Assembly: GCA_031271325.1 (NCBI GenBank) | Contig: JAISVY010000166.1 | Location: 1-46,573, forward strand | Reading direction: 5' to 3' | DNA from: Oscillospiraceae bacterium | Lineage (GTDB): Bacteria > Bacillota > Clostridia > Oscillospirales > UBA929 | Length of the DNA: 46,573 nucleotides | In this document: positions 1 through 8,139 of the stretch, piece after piece | How positions within the stretch are numbered: the first letter of the stretch is position 1 | How the letters are laid out: the number at the start of each line of letters is the position of its first letter | Notes under the pieces: generated by a model | The model's input: only the letters and a program-made list of their open reading frames with translations | The model's database searches: none | What the model was told of the DNA's origin: nothing | Position numbers and translations under genes: made by a program

Positions 1-119
1 TACCTCTAAAAACCCCCGCTCCGGCTTGCGATGCCGCGCCATAGGCGCCTGTTCGCAAGCGCTGCGCTCGTTTTCTTTCGGCTTCGCCGAATGAAAACAT
101 GGGTTTTTAGAGCGACTCA
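1..119 (+). repeat. Family-1 interspersed palindromic element, copy A (touches the window edge)
   Basis: Closing arms CTCTAAAAACC (4-14) and GGGTTTTTAGAG (101-112) enclose two hairpins: GCTTGCGA...TCGCAAGC and GTTTTCTTTCGG-CTTCG-CCGAATGAAAAC. By eye it differs at one base from the reverse complement of 13381-13499. Related copies start at 11090, 42351 and 46296. Confidence 0.85.
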
Positions 120-152
120 ATAATAAAGCGTCCCCGGAAACGGGGGCGCTTT
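118..152 (-). terminator. Rho-independent terminator downstream of the SLH-protein gene
   Basis: 12-bp stem AAAGCGTCCCCG (125-136) / CGGGGGCGCTTT (141-152) with a GAAA loop. On the minus strand it is followed by ATTATTG. It lies 17 nt after the stop at 169-171. Confidence 0.55.
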
Positions 153-168
153 GCCGCAATTTTTGATT

Positions 169-1269
169 TCACACCGGTCTTTGCCGCGTCACGGCGGCGA
201 CGGCGCGCTCCGCCGCGCTCCAATCGACCAGCCCTTTCTCAGTCAGGCGGTCGAGGACGCGCCCGCCGTTTTTGTAGCCCGCGAACAGCGCGTAATAGGT
301 CATGTACATCAGCGTGTCGCGGGTATATTCGTCGGCGCTCAGGATGTCCAGCTCCCGGCGCGAATACAGACCCAGCCGCACGGCGTCATCCGTCGCGGTG
401 GCGAACGAAATGTCCGCGCCGTCCGTGTACCCCAGCGCCTTGAGCATCAGGAAACATGTTTGCTTGACCGAAGAGGGGCGGGTGGGTTCGAGCCGGTCGC
501 CGCCCGTGCCGGCGATATAGCCGTTGTTGTAGAGGTAGGCGACGTTGCGGTCTGCCCAAACCGGAACGTCGGTGAACGGGTGCGTCCCGGCATAGGTATC
601 CGACTCTCCGCGCACACCCATCAGCACGAGGAAGATCACCATCATTTCCAGCCGCGACGATTCGCGCTCCAGTTCGTAGGTATCCACGATGCCCATCTTG
701 ACCATCGCCTCGCACAGGTCGGTATACAGCGGTACGTACGGCAGCGTCACGCGGTATCCGCCGCTGAGCATAACGGACGCGTCGGCAGTCGCTTTCAGCG
801 AGGCTTCTTCGTCTAAGCAGAGATACAAATGCCGCTCCGCCAGCGCGCCGGCGGCACCCTGCCCCGCGGTCGCGTCTGCCAGAACGCCGGTTTTGTGTTC
901 CGCGCCGCCCGAGAGCAGCCGCACCGACGCCCCCATACCGACGGTTAGAATCGTCCCTTTAGCCAATTGGATTTTCACCGGGCTTCCGGCGAATAGATTC
1001 ACCCGTGACAGCGCCTTCCGCGCAACCGCGTCCCGCCCGTTGAGCGGAACCGCGGGTATCGTGTCCAGCAGCGCCTGCGCCTGCGCGAACGCTTCCGAGA
1101 ACCGCGCGTCAACGGCGAGCGACGCTTTCTCCCGTATCGAGGGTATGTATAGGTCCTCAATGTATCGCTTCGTCACAAGAGGGTCGTCCGTCATCCCCGG
1201 CGCGGCCGAAGCCCCGGCGGCACACAACAGCGCCGCCGCCAGCAGAACGCAGCCAACCCGCTTCTTCAT
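169..1269 (-). CDS. Secreted S-layer-homology (SLH) domain protein; N-terminal part of unknown function
   Basis: The internal ATG at 1269 gives a signal peptide (MKKRVGCVLLAAALLCAAGASA) and forms an ATGA overlap with the upstream stop. An SLH-like segment reads FTDVPVWADRNVAYLYNNGYIAGTGGDRLEPTRPSSVKQTCFLMLKALGY. The longer ORF start at 1377 would overlap the upstream gene. Confidence 0.75.
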   Translation of the reverse strand: MKKRVGCVLLAAALLCAAGASAAPGMTDDPLVTKRYIEDLYIPSIREKASLAVDARFSEAFAQAQALLDTIPAVPLNGRDAVARKALSRVNLFAGSPVKIQLAKGTILTVGMGASVRLLSGGAEHKTGVLADATAGQGAAGALAERHLYLCLDEEASLKATADASVMLSGGYRVTLPYVPLYTDLCEAMVKMGIVDTYELERESSRLEMMVIFLVLMGVRGESDTYAGTHPFTDVPVWADRNVAYLYNNGYIAGTGGDRLEPTRPSSVKQTCFLMLKALGYTDGADISFATATDDAVRLGLYSRRELDILSADEYTRDTLMYMTYYALFAGYKNGGRVLDRLTEKGLVDWSAAERAVAAVTRQRPV

Positions 1270-2423
1270 CAGCCTTTCAAACGCGCGACGGTTTCCAGCA
1301 CGTATTCGGCGAACTCCTGCCCGGTGCAGCCGGTGTCGCGCCCGGTCACGGTGACGCGGCGTTCTTCGATTGCGCATATATCCAGCGCCCGCTCCAGCAG
1401 ACGGGCTTTTTCGGCTTGCCCGATATGTTCCAGCAGCAGCACCGAAGCCCGCAGCATCGAGGTCGGGTCGGCGTATTGCGCCCTGCCTTCTGTCACCATG
1501 CGCGGGGCAGATCCGTGAATCGCCTCGAACATGGCGTACCGCTTGCCGATGTTGGCCGAACCCGCCGTACCAACGCCGCCTTGCAGTTCCGCCGCTTCGT
1601 CGGTGAGGATGTCGCCGTACAGGTTGGGCAGCACCACGACCGAGAAGTCGCGCCGCCGCTTCTCATCCAGCAGCTTTGCCGTCATGATGTCGATGTACCA
1701 GTCGTCGAACGCGATGTCCGCGTACTCTTTCGCGATATCTTTCGCGATTCCCAAGAACTTACCGTCGGTGGTCTTGATGACGTTGGCTTTGGTCACGGCG
1801 GTTACGCGCCCCCGCCCCGTTTTCTTCGCGTACTCAAACGCCTGGCGGACGATGCGTTCCGTGCCGCCGGAAGTGGTGACGGTGAAGTCGATGGCAAGCT
1901 CCGGCGTGACGTGGATGCCCTGACTGCCGACGGCGTAAGCGCCTTCGGTGTTCTCGCGGAAGAAGACCCAATCGATTCCCTGCTCGGGCACTTTGACGGG
2001 GCGGACGTTCGCGAACAGGTCAAGCTCTTTGCGCATCGCGACGTTGGCCGATTCGATGTTCGGCCACGGGTCGCCCGCGCGGGGCGTGGTGGTGGGACCT
2101 TTGAGGATGATGTGGCAATCTTTCAGTTCGGTCAGCGTATCGTCGGGGATTGCCTTGCCGCACTCCGCCCGCCGCTCGATGGTCAAGCCGGGTATATCGC
2201 GGAACTCCACGGCTTCGCCGCGTAACAGCTCTTCCAAAAGCATCCGCGCCGCGGCGGTGATCGCGGGACCGATGCCGTCGCCGCCGCACACGCCGACGAC
2301 CAGCTTGTCCAGCTTGGAATAATCAACAAAATCGGCCTGCGCCGCCATGTCGCGTACCCGCGCCATTTGCCGCGCCACAAGCTGCGCGAAATGCGCCGAC
2401 GCGGTGTCTAAATACTGCTCCAT
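1269..2423 (-). CDS. Isocitrate/isopropylmalate dehydrogenase family enzyme (most like an isocitrate dehydrogenase)
   Basis: Family motifs NLYGDILTDEAAELQGGVGTAGSANIG and FEAIHGSAPRM are present. ATG 2423 (MEQYLDT) lies 9 nt downstream of GGAGGT (2433-2438). Confidence 0.85.
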   Translation of the reverse strand: MEQYLDTASAHFAQLVARQMARVRDMAAQADFVDYSKLDKLVVGVCGGDGIGPAITAAARMLLEELLRGEAVEFRDIPGLTIERRAECGKAIPDDTLTELKDCHIILKGPTTTPRAGDPWPNIESANVAMRKELDLFANVRPVKVPEQGIDWVFFRENTEGAYAVGSQGIHVTPELAIDFTVTTSGGTERIVRQAFEYAKKTGRGRVTAVTKANVIKTTDGKFLGIAKDIAKEYADIAFDDWYIDIMTAKLLDEKRRRDFSVVVLPNLYGDILTDEAAELQGGVGTAGSANIGKRYAMFEAIHGSAPRMVTEGRAQYADPTSMLRASVLLLEHIGQAEKARLLERALDICAIEERRVTVTGRDTGCTGQEFAEYVLETVARLKG

Positions 2424-2430
2424 ATGGTTG

Positions 2431-2925
2431 TTACCTCCGGTATATCGCATATTTCAGGTTGGCTTTTTGCAGGATCACGGTCAGCGGAACCCCCAGCCCG
2501 AAGCAAACCGCCGTCTGCCCCAGCGCGACCGAGCCGATGTTGAGCGGCAGGGATACCCATGTGGCGTCGGGGGTGTAGAGGAAGGTGATCATCGCGCCGA
2601 TTGCCAGCGCGTTGACGATCACCGGCGGCAGCGCCGCGAGCCAGCGATTGCCGCACCGCGCCGTCAGGAACGCCGCGAGCAGCGTCGCGAGCGAACCGAT
2701 GATGATGTCGGGCGCGCCATACCGCGAGAAGGTATTGCTCAGCAGGCAGCCGATAAACAGCCCCGGAATGCTTTCGGGGAAGAGGAAAGGCAGCAGCGTC
2801 AGCGCCTCGGCGGCGCGGAACTGCACAGGTCCGAACGAATACCCGATGTTCAGCATTACCAGCGCGATATACAACGCGGCGACGACCCCCGCAAATACTG
2901 TCTTGCGAACTATGTTCCTTGTCAT
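2431..2925 (-). CDS. queT: QueT-family queuosine-precursor transporter (ECF-type S component)
   Basis: 164 aa, polytopic. The N-terminal pattern VVAALYIALVMLNIGYSFGPVQFRAAEALTLLPF matches the QueT signature (..AALY..L....ISYG.YQFRISE..) as I remember it. The stop overlaps the RBS of the downstream gene. Confidence 0.8.
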   Translation of the reverse strand: MTRNIVRKTVFAGVVAALYIALVMLNIGYSFGPVQFRAAEALTLLPFLFPESIPGLFIGCLLSNTFSRYGAPDIIIGSLATLLAAFLTARCGNRWLAALPPVIVNALAIGAMITFLYTPDATWVSLPLNIGSVALGQTAVCFGLGVPLTVILQKANLKYAIYRR

Positions 2926-3133
2926 GATCCAAACCTTCCTGACACGTTATACTGCTTGACGGGTAAAACGCTTATCGGATTTGCGAGGATTTTCGTCGTC
3001 TCGCAAGGCGGAGGACGACGACGGGCTGGCACCCGCCTAGGACGACAACGCAACGGGGCGCAAAAAGACCGCAAGGACGGTGGGTTGCTTGCCCGTCAAG
3101 CAGTATAATAACCCCGCTCCGGTAAACCCGGCA
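2926..3133 (-). promoter_or_regulatory. Long structured 5' leader of queT; candidate preQ1-type riboswitch (class not determinable by eye)
   Basis: The leader is about 207 nt, between the predicted promoter and the ATG. A 16-nt perfect long-range pairing joins TATACTGCTTGACGGG (3107-3092 on the minus strand) to CCCGTCAAGCAGTATA (2963-2948) and ends about 12 nt before the GGAAGG RBS. Inside it there are overlapping alternative helices, CGTCGTC/GACGACG and TTGCGAG/CTCGCAA, which looks pseudoknot-like. Confidence 0.4.
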
Positions 3134-3139
3134 GGTTTT

Positions 3140-3168
3140 AGTATAGCACAGTCTTTTTATTTTGACAA
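3140..3168 (-). promoter_or_regulatory. Sigma-A-type promoter for queT
   Basis: Minus strand: TTGTCA (3168-3163), 17 nt, TATACT (3145-3140), preceded by TGc (extended -10). Confidence 0.55.
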
Positions 3169-3241
3169 GATTTCGCGTAAAAAACAACGCAGAAGCCAGT
3201 GCGCGGAACGATGGCACCGCCCTGTCCCCCGCATGGGCGGC

Positions 3242-3907
3242 TCACGAACCGCCCGACGCGGCCGGCGGCTCGGACGGGGAAGGGGAGGGCGACGGGGAAG
3301 GAGAAGGAGCGGGTAAGAGCGAGGGAGGGAGTCTGCCGACGGTATCGGCTCCCGCGTCGCCGACAAGCCCGCTTCCCTCCGGTACTGGCGCTTCGGCGTC
3401 CGGTTCTTCCGGCGCAGCCCCGTCGGCGGCGGGTGAAGTTCTTTGCGCCGCTTCCGGCGCTTCCGGCGCTTCGGGCGCTTCGGGCGCTGCCGCCTCCGGC
3501 GCTTCGTCGGCAAGCTCGTTTCTCGCCGCTTCGTCGCCGGCGGCGTAATACGGTTGTCCGTACCCTGTATTGCCCGTTCCGTCGCCTGTTGTTTCGGGGG
3601 CTGCTATATTTTGCGAGATGATCAGCACGGCGGCAAGACAGGCCGCGACTCCCAGCAGACTCGCGGCGACCCGCCGCCTGCGGGGCGGTTCCTGCCCCAG
3701 CCCGTATCGGTATACCGTGCCGGGAACAAACGTTTCCGGCGGCGGCGTTTCAAGGTCTTTCATGCCGGCTTGCATAGCGGTGAAATCCGAAACCAGTGTC
3801 CGGCAGGACGGGCATTCTTCCATATGCGCGCGTACACGGGCGGCTTCGTCTTCGGTCAGCTCTCCGTCTACATATGCGCTCAACGTTTCTATATCGCAGC
3901 AACCCAA
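3242..3907 (-). CDS. Anti-sigma factor (zf-HC2 type) with one TM segment and a Pro/Ala/Ser-rich low-complexity extracytoplasmic tail
   Basis: The N-terminus LSAYVDGELTEDEAARVRAHMEECPSCR is the zinc-binding anti-sigma motif. TM segment: VAASLLGVAACLAAVLIISQ. TTG start at 3907 lies 9 nt after GGAGG and 2 nt after the sigma-factor stop. Confidence 0.85.
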   Translation of the reverse strand: MGCCDIETLSAYVDGELTEDEAARVRAHMEECPSCRTLVSDFTAMQAGMKDLETPPPETFVPGTVYRYGLGQEPPRRRRVAASLLGVAACLAAVLIISQNIAAPETTGDGTGNTGYGQPYYAAGDEAARNELADEAPEAAAPEAPEAPEAPEAAQRTSPAADGAAPEEPDAEAPVPEGSGLVGDAGADTVGRLPPSLLPAPSPSPSPSPSPSEPPAASGGS

Positions 3908-3909
3908 GA

Positions 3910-4455
3910 CTATCCGCCTCCTTTCCTATGTTTAGACGTTCGATCCGGCGAAACGTTCCCGCTTTTGATGAGAATCTCACGCAAGGCAAGCCGGGCGCGC
4001 GCCAGGCGGCTCTTCACCGTTCCCTCTTCCAGAGATGTCACTTCCCCGATTTCTTTATATGATAATCCCGCCGATTCGCGCAGCAGAAGGATATGGCGGC
4101 TTTCCGGCGGCAGCTTCGCCAACGCCTCGTCCAGCGCGCGGGACAGTTCTTTTTCATCCAACGCCAGTTCCGGCTGATAGCGGCCGTCGGGCAGGGTCAG
4201 TTCTTGGTCATACAACGGGAGAACCTCCCGGTCACGGGTCTTTTTCCGCGCGAAATCGGTGCAGGCGTTGACCGTCAAACGATACAGCCATGTGGAGGGC
4301 GCGGCGTCGCCGCGGAAGCTGTCCATCCCGCGCCACGCCTTGATAAATACTTCCTGAGAAATGTCAAACGCGTCTTCGGGCGAACGGCAGCTTCGCAGGC
4401 AAATGTTGTACACCGCCTTTTCATGCCGCTTTACAAATTCGGTAAAGTCATCCAC
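3910..4455 (-). CDS. ECF (sigma-70 family, group 4) RNA polymerase sigma factor
   Basis: Region 2 (DISQEVFIKAWRGMDSFRGDAAPSTWLYRLTVNACTDFARKK) and region 4 (LPPESRHILLLRESAGLSYKEIGEVTSLEEGTVKSRLARAR) are present. GTG start at 4455 overlaps the dus stop. Confidence 0.9.
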   Translation of the reverse strand: MDDFTEFVKRHEKAVYNICLRSCRSPEDAFDISQEVFIKAWRGMDSFRGDAAPSTWLYRLTVNACTDFARKKTRDREVLPLYDQELTLPDGRYQPELALDEKELSRALDEALAKLPPESRHILLLRESAGLSYKEIGEVTSLEEGTVKSRLARARLALREILIKSGNVSPDRTSKHRKGGG

Positions 4456-5404
4456 TCCGGGTCCCCCTCTCCTCCGTTTCGCGCGTAATCCGGCACAGCA
4501 GCCGGGTAAAGTCCGTCTCCGCGGAGACGGACGAAACCTCGCGCCGGTAGCTCGCGGCGTACGGCAACCCCCGTATGTACCACGCCAGATGGCGGCGCAT
4601 CTCCAGACACGCCGTTTTTTCCCCCTTGTCTTCGGTCAGCAGGGCGAAGTGGCGTCTTATGGTTTCCGCCCGGCGCGTCATATCCGCTTCCTCGCCGGTG
4701 AAGACGAACGGGTCGCCCATCGCGGCGCGGCCGATCATCCCTATGGATGCGCCGGTGAGAGCCAGACACCGCTTTACGTCATGCAGGGAGAAAATGTCTC
4801 CGTTCGCGCACACCGGAACCGAAACGGCGCGAACCACCGCGGCGATACCCTGCCAGTCGGCGCGTCCCGAATAGCCCTGCCGCGCCGTGCGCCCGTGGAC
4901 GCAAAACCCCGCCGCGCCTTCCTGTTCCAAACGCTTTGCCAGCTCGGCGGCGTTGACGCTTCCGCCATCCCAGCCCAAACGCATCTTGACCGTCACCGGA
5001 ACGGGCACGGCGTTCGCGACGGCGCGGACGACCGCCGCAGCCGTATCGGGCGAACGCATCAGGGCGCAGCCGTCGCCGTTTTTGACGATCTTGGGCGTAG
5101 GGCAGCCCATGTTGATGTCCAGCACGTCCGCGCCGGAGATTTCGAGCGCCCGCAGCGCCCCCTCGGCCATACACGCGGGGTCGGAGCCGAATATCTGCGC
5201 GGCGGCGGGGTGCTCTTCCTCACCCAACCGCAGCAGCCGGAGAGATTTTTGATCTTGATAGCACAGCGCTTTCGCCGAAACCATCTCGGTGACGGTATAC
5301 ACCGCCGCCGTTTCGCGGCAAACGGTTCGGAACGCCCAATCGGTCACGCCCGCCATCGGCGCAAGCGCCGCCACGGCGTTAATACTCACATTTTGCAGCT
5401 TCAT
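4448..5404 (-). CDS. dusB: tRNA-dihydrouridine synthase
   Basis: 318 aa. The N-terminus APMAGVTDWAFRTVCRE, the DINMGCP motif and a TIM-barrel flavoenzyme pattern are typical of Dus proteins. Confidence 0.9.
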   Translation of the reverse strand: MKLQNVSINAVAALAPMAGVTDWAFRTVCRETAAVYTVTEMVSAKALCYQDQKSLRLLRLGEEEHPAAAQIFGSDPACMAEGALRALEISGADVLDINMGCPTPKIVKNGDGCALMRSPDTAAAVVRAVANAVPVPVTVKMRLGWDGGSVNAAELAKRLEQEGAAGFCVHGRTARQGYSGRADWQGIAAVVRAVSVPVCANGDIFSLHDVKRCLALTGASIGMIGRAAMGDPFVFTGEEADMTRRAETIRRHFALLTEDKGEKTACLEMRRHLAWYIRGLPYAASYRREVSSVSAETDFTRLLCRITRETEERGTRSG

Positions 5405-5465
5405 GAGGTTATTTTACCATAAAGCGCCGCACTCCGCAATAAAAACCGAAGCCGCGTATGATAAT

Positions 5466-5494
5466 TTGCATTTTTTTCATCGGTGCGGTATACT
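5466..5494 (+). promoter_or_regulatory. Sigma-A-type promoter for the AIM24-family gene
   Basis: TTGCAT (5466-5471), 17 nt, TATACT (5489-5494), about 55 nt upstream of ATG 5549. Confidence 0.5.
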
Positions 5495-5548
5495 GATAAT
5501 CAGCGGAAATGATTCCTCAATCTCCATTCAAGAAAGGATACGGTCATC

Positions 5549-6238
5549 ATGAATTACAAGATCACACAGAGTACGGCGTTTCCTTTAGCCGAAATCACGC
5601 TTTCACGCGGGGAGGAAATCCAAATCGAGCGCGGTTGCATGGCATACCATACGGGCGGCGTGGAACTGGAAGGAAAAATGAACAGCAGCGGCGGCGGCTT
5701 CGGCGGTTTCATCAAGGCGGTCGGGCGTTCCGTAACCAGCGGCGAGAGCTTTTTTATCACAAAGGCAAGGGGTTTGAACGACGGCGCAAAGATTGCGATC
5801 GCGCCCGCCGTGCCGGGAATGATCCGCGAACTGAAACTGGGCGCGGAGCAGTGGCGCATCCGAGACGCGGCGTTTCTCGCGGGCGATGCAGACTGCACAT
5901 ACGAAATGAGGCGTCAGTCGTTCGGCAAGGCGCTGTTCGGCGGCACGGGCGGCTTCTTTATCATGGAGACGAGCGGCACAGGGAGTATGCTGATCAATAG
6001 CTACGGCGACATAATAGAGGAGCAGGTAAACGGTTCTCTCGTGGTGGATAACGCTCATGTCGTCGCTTGGAGCGCGTCGCTTCAATACGACATCAAGGTT
6101 GCCTCCGGCATATTCGGCTTCAAATCCGGCGAAGGTCTTGTCAACGAATTCCACGGCAGCGGTACGGTGCTGATCCAAACGCGGAACATCCAGTCGCTCG
6201 CCCAAGCGCTGAAACCGTTTTTCCCGCAGGGAAATTAA
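5549..6238 (+). CDS. AIM24 / TIGR00266-family protein (unknown function)
   Basis: 229 aa. The sequence MNYKI..FPLAEITLSRGEEIQIERGCMAYHTGGVELEGKM...GESFFITKA...VVDNAHVVAWS...GSGTVLIQT follows the typical pattern of this family. Confidence 0.75.
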   Translation: MNYKITQSTAFPLAEITLSRGEEIQIERGCMAYHTGGVELEGKMNSSGGGFGGFIKAVGRSVTSGESFFITKARGLNDGAKIAIAPAVPGMIRELKLGAEQWRIRDAAFLAGDADCTYEMRRQSFGKALFGGTGGFFIMETSGTGSMLINSYGDIIEEQVNGSLVVDNAHVVAWSASLQYDIKVASGIFGFKSGEGLVNEFHGSGTVLIQTRNIQSLAQALKPFFPQGN

Positions 6239-6260
6239 CATCTTTCCCGCAAGGAGATTA

Positions 6261-6425
6261 CACGATAAACGCATGAATGTCCCTGTTGCACAGACGAAAT
6301 GTAGGGGCGGCCGTCCCCGACCGCCCGTAACCCCGGAAAATCCTGCAGCCGCGGGCGACCGAGGACGGCCGCCCCTACATGAGGATGCCGCTTTTTATGC
6401 GTTTTGTCCATTCATGCGCTTGTCG
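6261..6425 (+). mobile_element. Family-2 MITE-like palindromic element, copy 1
   Basis: The termini CACGATAAACGCATGAATG... and ...CATTCATGCGCTTGTCG are mutual inverted repeats. The central imperfect palindrome is TGTAGGGGCGGCCGTCCCCGACCGCCCG ... CGGGCGACCGAGGACGGCCGCCCCTACA. Flanking direct repeats are described in the findings. Confidence 0.8.
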
Positions 6426-6448
6426 CCGCAGGGGAATTAACATCTTTC

Positions 6449-6477
6449 TTGACAGCGGGCGGTTGAAGTGGTACACT
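6449..6477 (+). promoter_or_regulatory. Sigma-A-type promoter for the MATE transporter gene
   Basis: TTGACA (6449-6454), 17 nt, TACACT (6472-6477), with TGg (extended -10) directly upstream of the -10. Confidence 0.6.
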
Positions 6478-6514
6478 TCCTCTTGTGCGCCGCACAGGAA
6501 AGAAGGAGAATTCC

Positions 6515-7930
6515 ATGCCCAAACAGAACGCGAAAGGGCTTACCGATATGACCGCGGGCAGTCCGCTCGGCCATATCGTCCGCTTTTCGATTCCGCTGTT
6601 GATCGGCAATTTGTTCCAGCAGTTTTACAATATGGCCGACAGCATCATCGTCGGCAATTTTATGGAAGAACGCGACGCCGCACAGGCGGCTGTCAACACC
6701 GGTATGCCGGTGATCTTCCTGATCGTCGCGCTGTTCGCGGGGCTTGGCATGGGCGCGACGATTATCCTATCGCAGAATTACGGCGCGAAGCAAATGGACG
6801 CGGTGCGCAAGACCATCCGCACGGTCTATACCCTCGTGCTGACCATCAGCGTTCCGTTGACGATTCTGGGTATTGCGGTTACACCGTCACTGATGCGGCT
6901 GCTCGGCGTACCGGACAACGCGGCGGATTCCGGCACGATGGATATGGCGGTTACGTACGTACGGATCATCTTTATCGGGCTGATCGGTTCGCTCGGCTAC
7001 AACATCAACGCGGGTATTTTGCAGGGGCTTGGCGACAGCAAAACACCGCTGCGGTTTTTGATCGTGTCTACCGTGATCAACGTCGTGCTCGACCTGCTTT
7101 TTGTGGCTGTGTTCGGCTGGGGCGTGGCGGGCGTAGCCATCGCGACGATTATCGCGCAGGCGTTCTCTTGGCTCTACGGGATTTGGTATATTCACAAAAA
7201 GTACCCGGAATTGGAGCTGTCACTGCTGAAACTCGGCGTCAATAAGCCGATATTGTCAAAGATGCTCAGGCTCAGCTTGCCCTCGGCGCTGCAGCAGTCG
7301 CTCTTCTCGATCGGTTCGCTGTTTATGCAGCGGCTCGTGAATCAAGGCGGCGAACCGTTTATGGCCGGGTTCGGCAACGCAACCCGGATCGACGCGTTTG
7401 TCTTCCTGCCCGTATTCAGCTTCTTCGCCGCGCTGACCACGTTTACCGGGCAGAATATGGGGAGAAAAGAGATCGGGCGCGTCAAGCAGGGCTTAAAGGT
7501 CACCCTGATCGTTTCTCTTGCGGTATACACCGTGATCGCCGTCGTGACGGTTGTGTTCGGGCGGTTTTTGCTCGCCTTGTTCAACCAGACCGACATCGTC
7601 ATCGCTTATGGGATGAATTACATCTATGCCGTGATTCCGTTCAGCTTTATCATCATCGTCCAGTTTATGCTGGTGGCGGTGATGCGCGGCGCGGGGCAGG
7701 TGATGGTGCCGCTGCTGACCACCATCATCGGTTTTATCGCGATTCGCGTACCCGCCGCGTATCTTTTAGAGCACTTTTTTGGGAAAGAGAAGATGTTTTA
7801 CTCCTACGCGATCGGCTGGGTCGTCAGCCTGATCGCGGCGTCGATCATCTTCGCCACCGGGCGGTGGCAGCGCAAATCCCTCGTCATGCACGATCTCGGC
7901 GAGGGGGATGCCCCGGATATAGCGCTGTAG
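6515..7930 (+). CDS. MATE-family efflux transporter
   Basis: About 12 TM segments. The N-terminus GSPLGHIVRFSIPLLIGNLFQQFYNMADSIIVGNF is the canonical MATE start. ATG 6515 lies 7 nt after GAAGGAG; the ORF-track start at 6485 has no RBS. Confidence 0.9.
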   Translation: MPKQNAKGLTDMTAGSPLGHIVRFSIPLLIGNLFQQFYNMADSIIVGNFMEERDAAQAAVNTGMPVIFLIVALFAGLGMGATIILSQNYGAKQMDAVRKTIRTVYTLVLTISVPLTILGIAVTPSLMRLLGVPDNAADSGTMDMAVTYVRIIFIGLIGSLGYNINAGILQGLGDSKTPLRFLIVSTVINVVLDLLFVAVFGWGVAGVAIATIIAQAFSWLYGIWYIHKKYPELELSLLKLGVNKPILSKMLRLSLPSALQQSLFSIGSLFMQRLVNQGGEPFMAGFGNATRIDAFVFLPVFSFFAALTTFTGQNMGRKEIGRVKQGLKVTLIVSLAVYTVIAVVTVVFGRFLLALFNQTDIVIAYGMNYIYAVIPFSFIIIVQFMLVAVMRGAGQVMVPLLTTIIGFIAIRVPAAYLLEHFFGKEKMFYSYAIGWVVSLIAASIIFATGRWQRKSLVMHDLGEGDAPDIAL

Positions 7931-7972
7931 AGAGAACCGCCTTCAACCGGTTCTGCCGGGGTGTCTGTTGGG

Positions 7973-8139
7973 CACGACAAACGCATGAACGGACGAAATG
8001 CACAAGAAGCGGCATTCACATGTAGGGGCGACCGTCCTCGGTCGCCCGCGGCTGCGGGATTTTCCGGGGTTACGGGCGGTCGGGGACGACCGCCCCTACA
8101 TTTCGTATGTGCAACACGGACATTCATGCGTTTGGCGTG
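7973..8139 (-). mobile_element. Family-2 MITE-like palindromic element, copy 2
   Basis: Its reverse complement aligns end to end with copy 1. Termini are CACGACAAACGCATGAACGG / CATTCATGCGTTTGGCGTG. It is flanked by TGTCTGTTGGG (7962-7972) and TGTCCGTTGGG (8140-8150). It lies between the convergent MATE and YihY genes. Confidence 0.85.
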
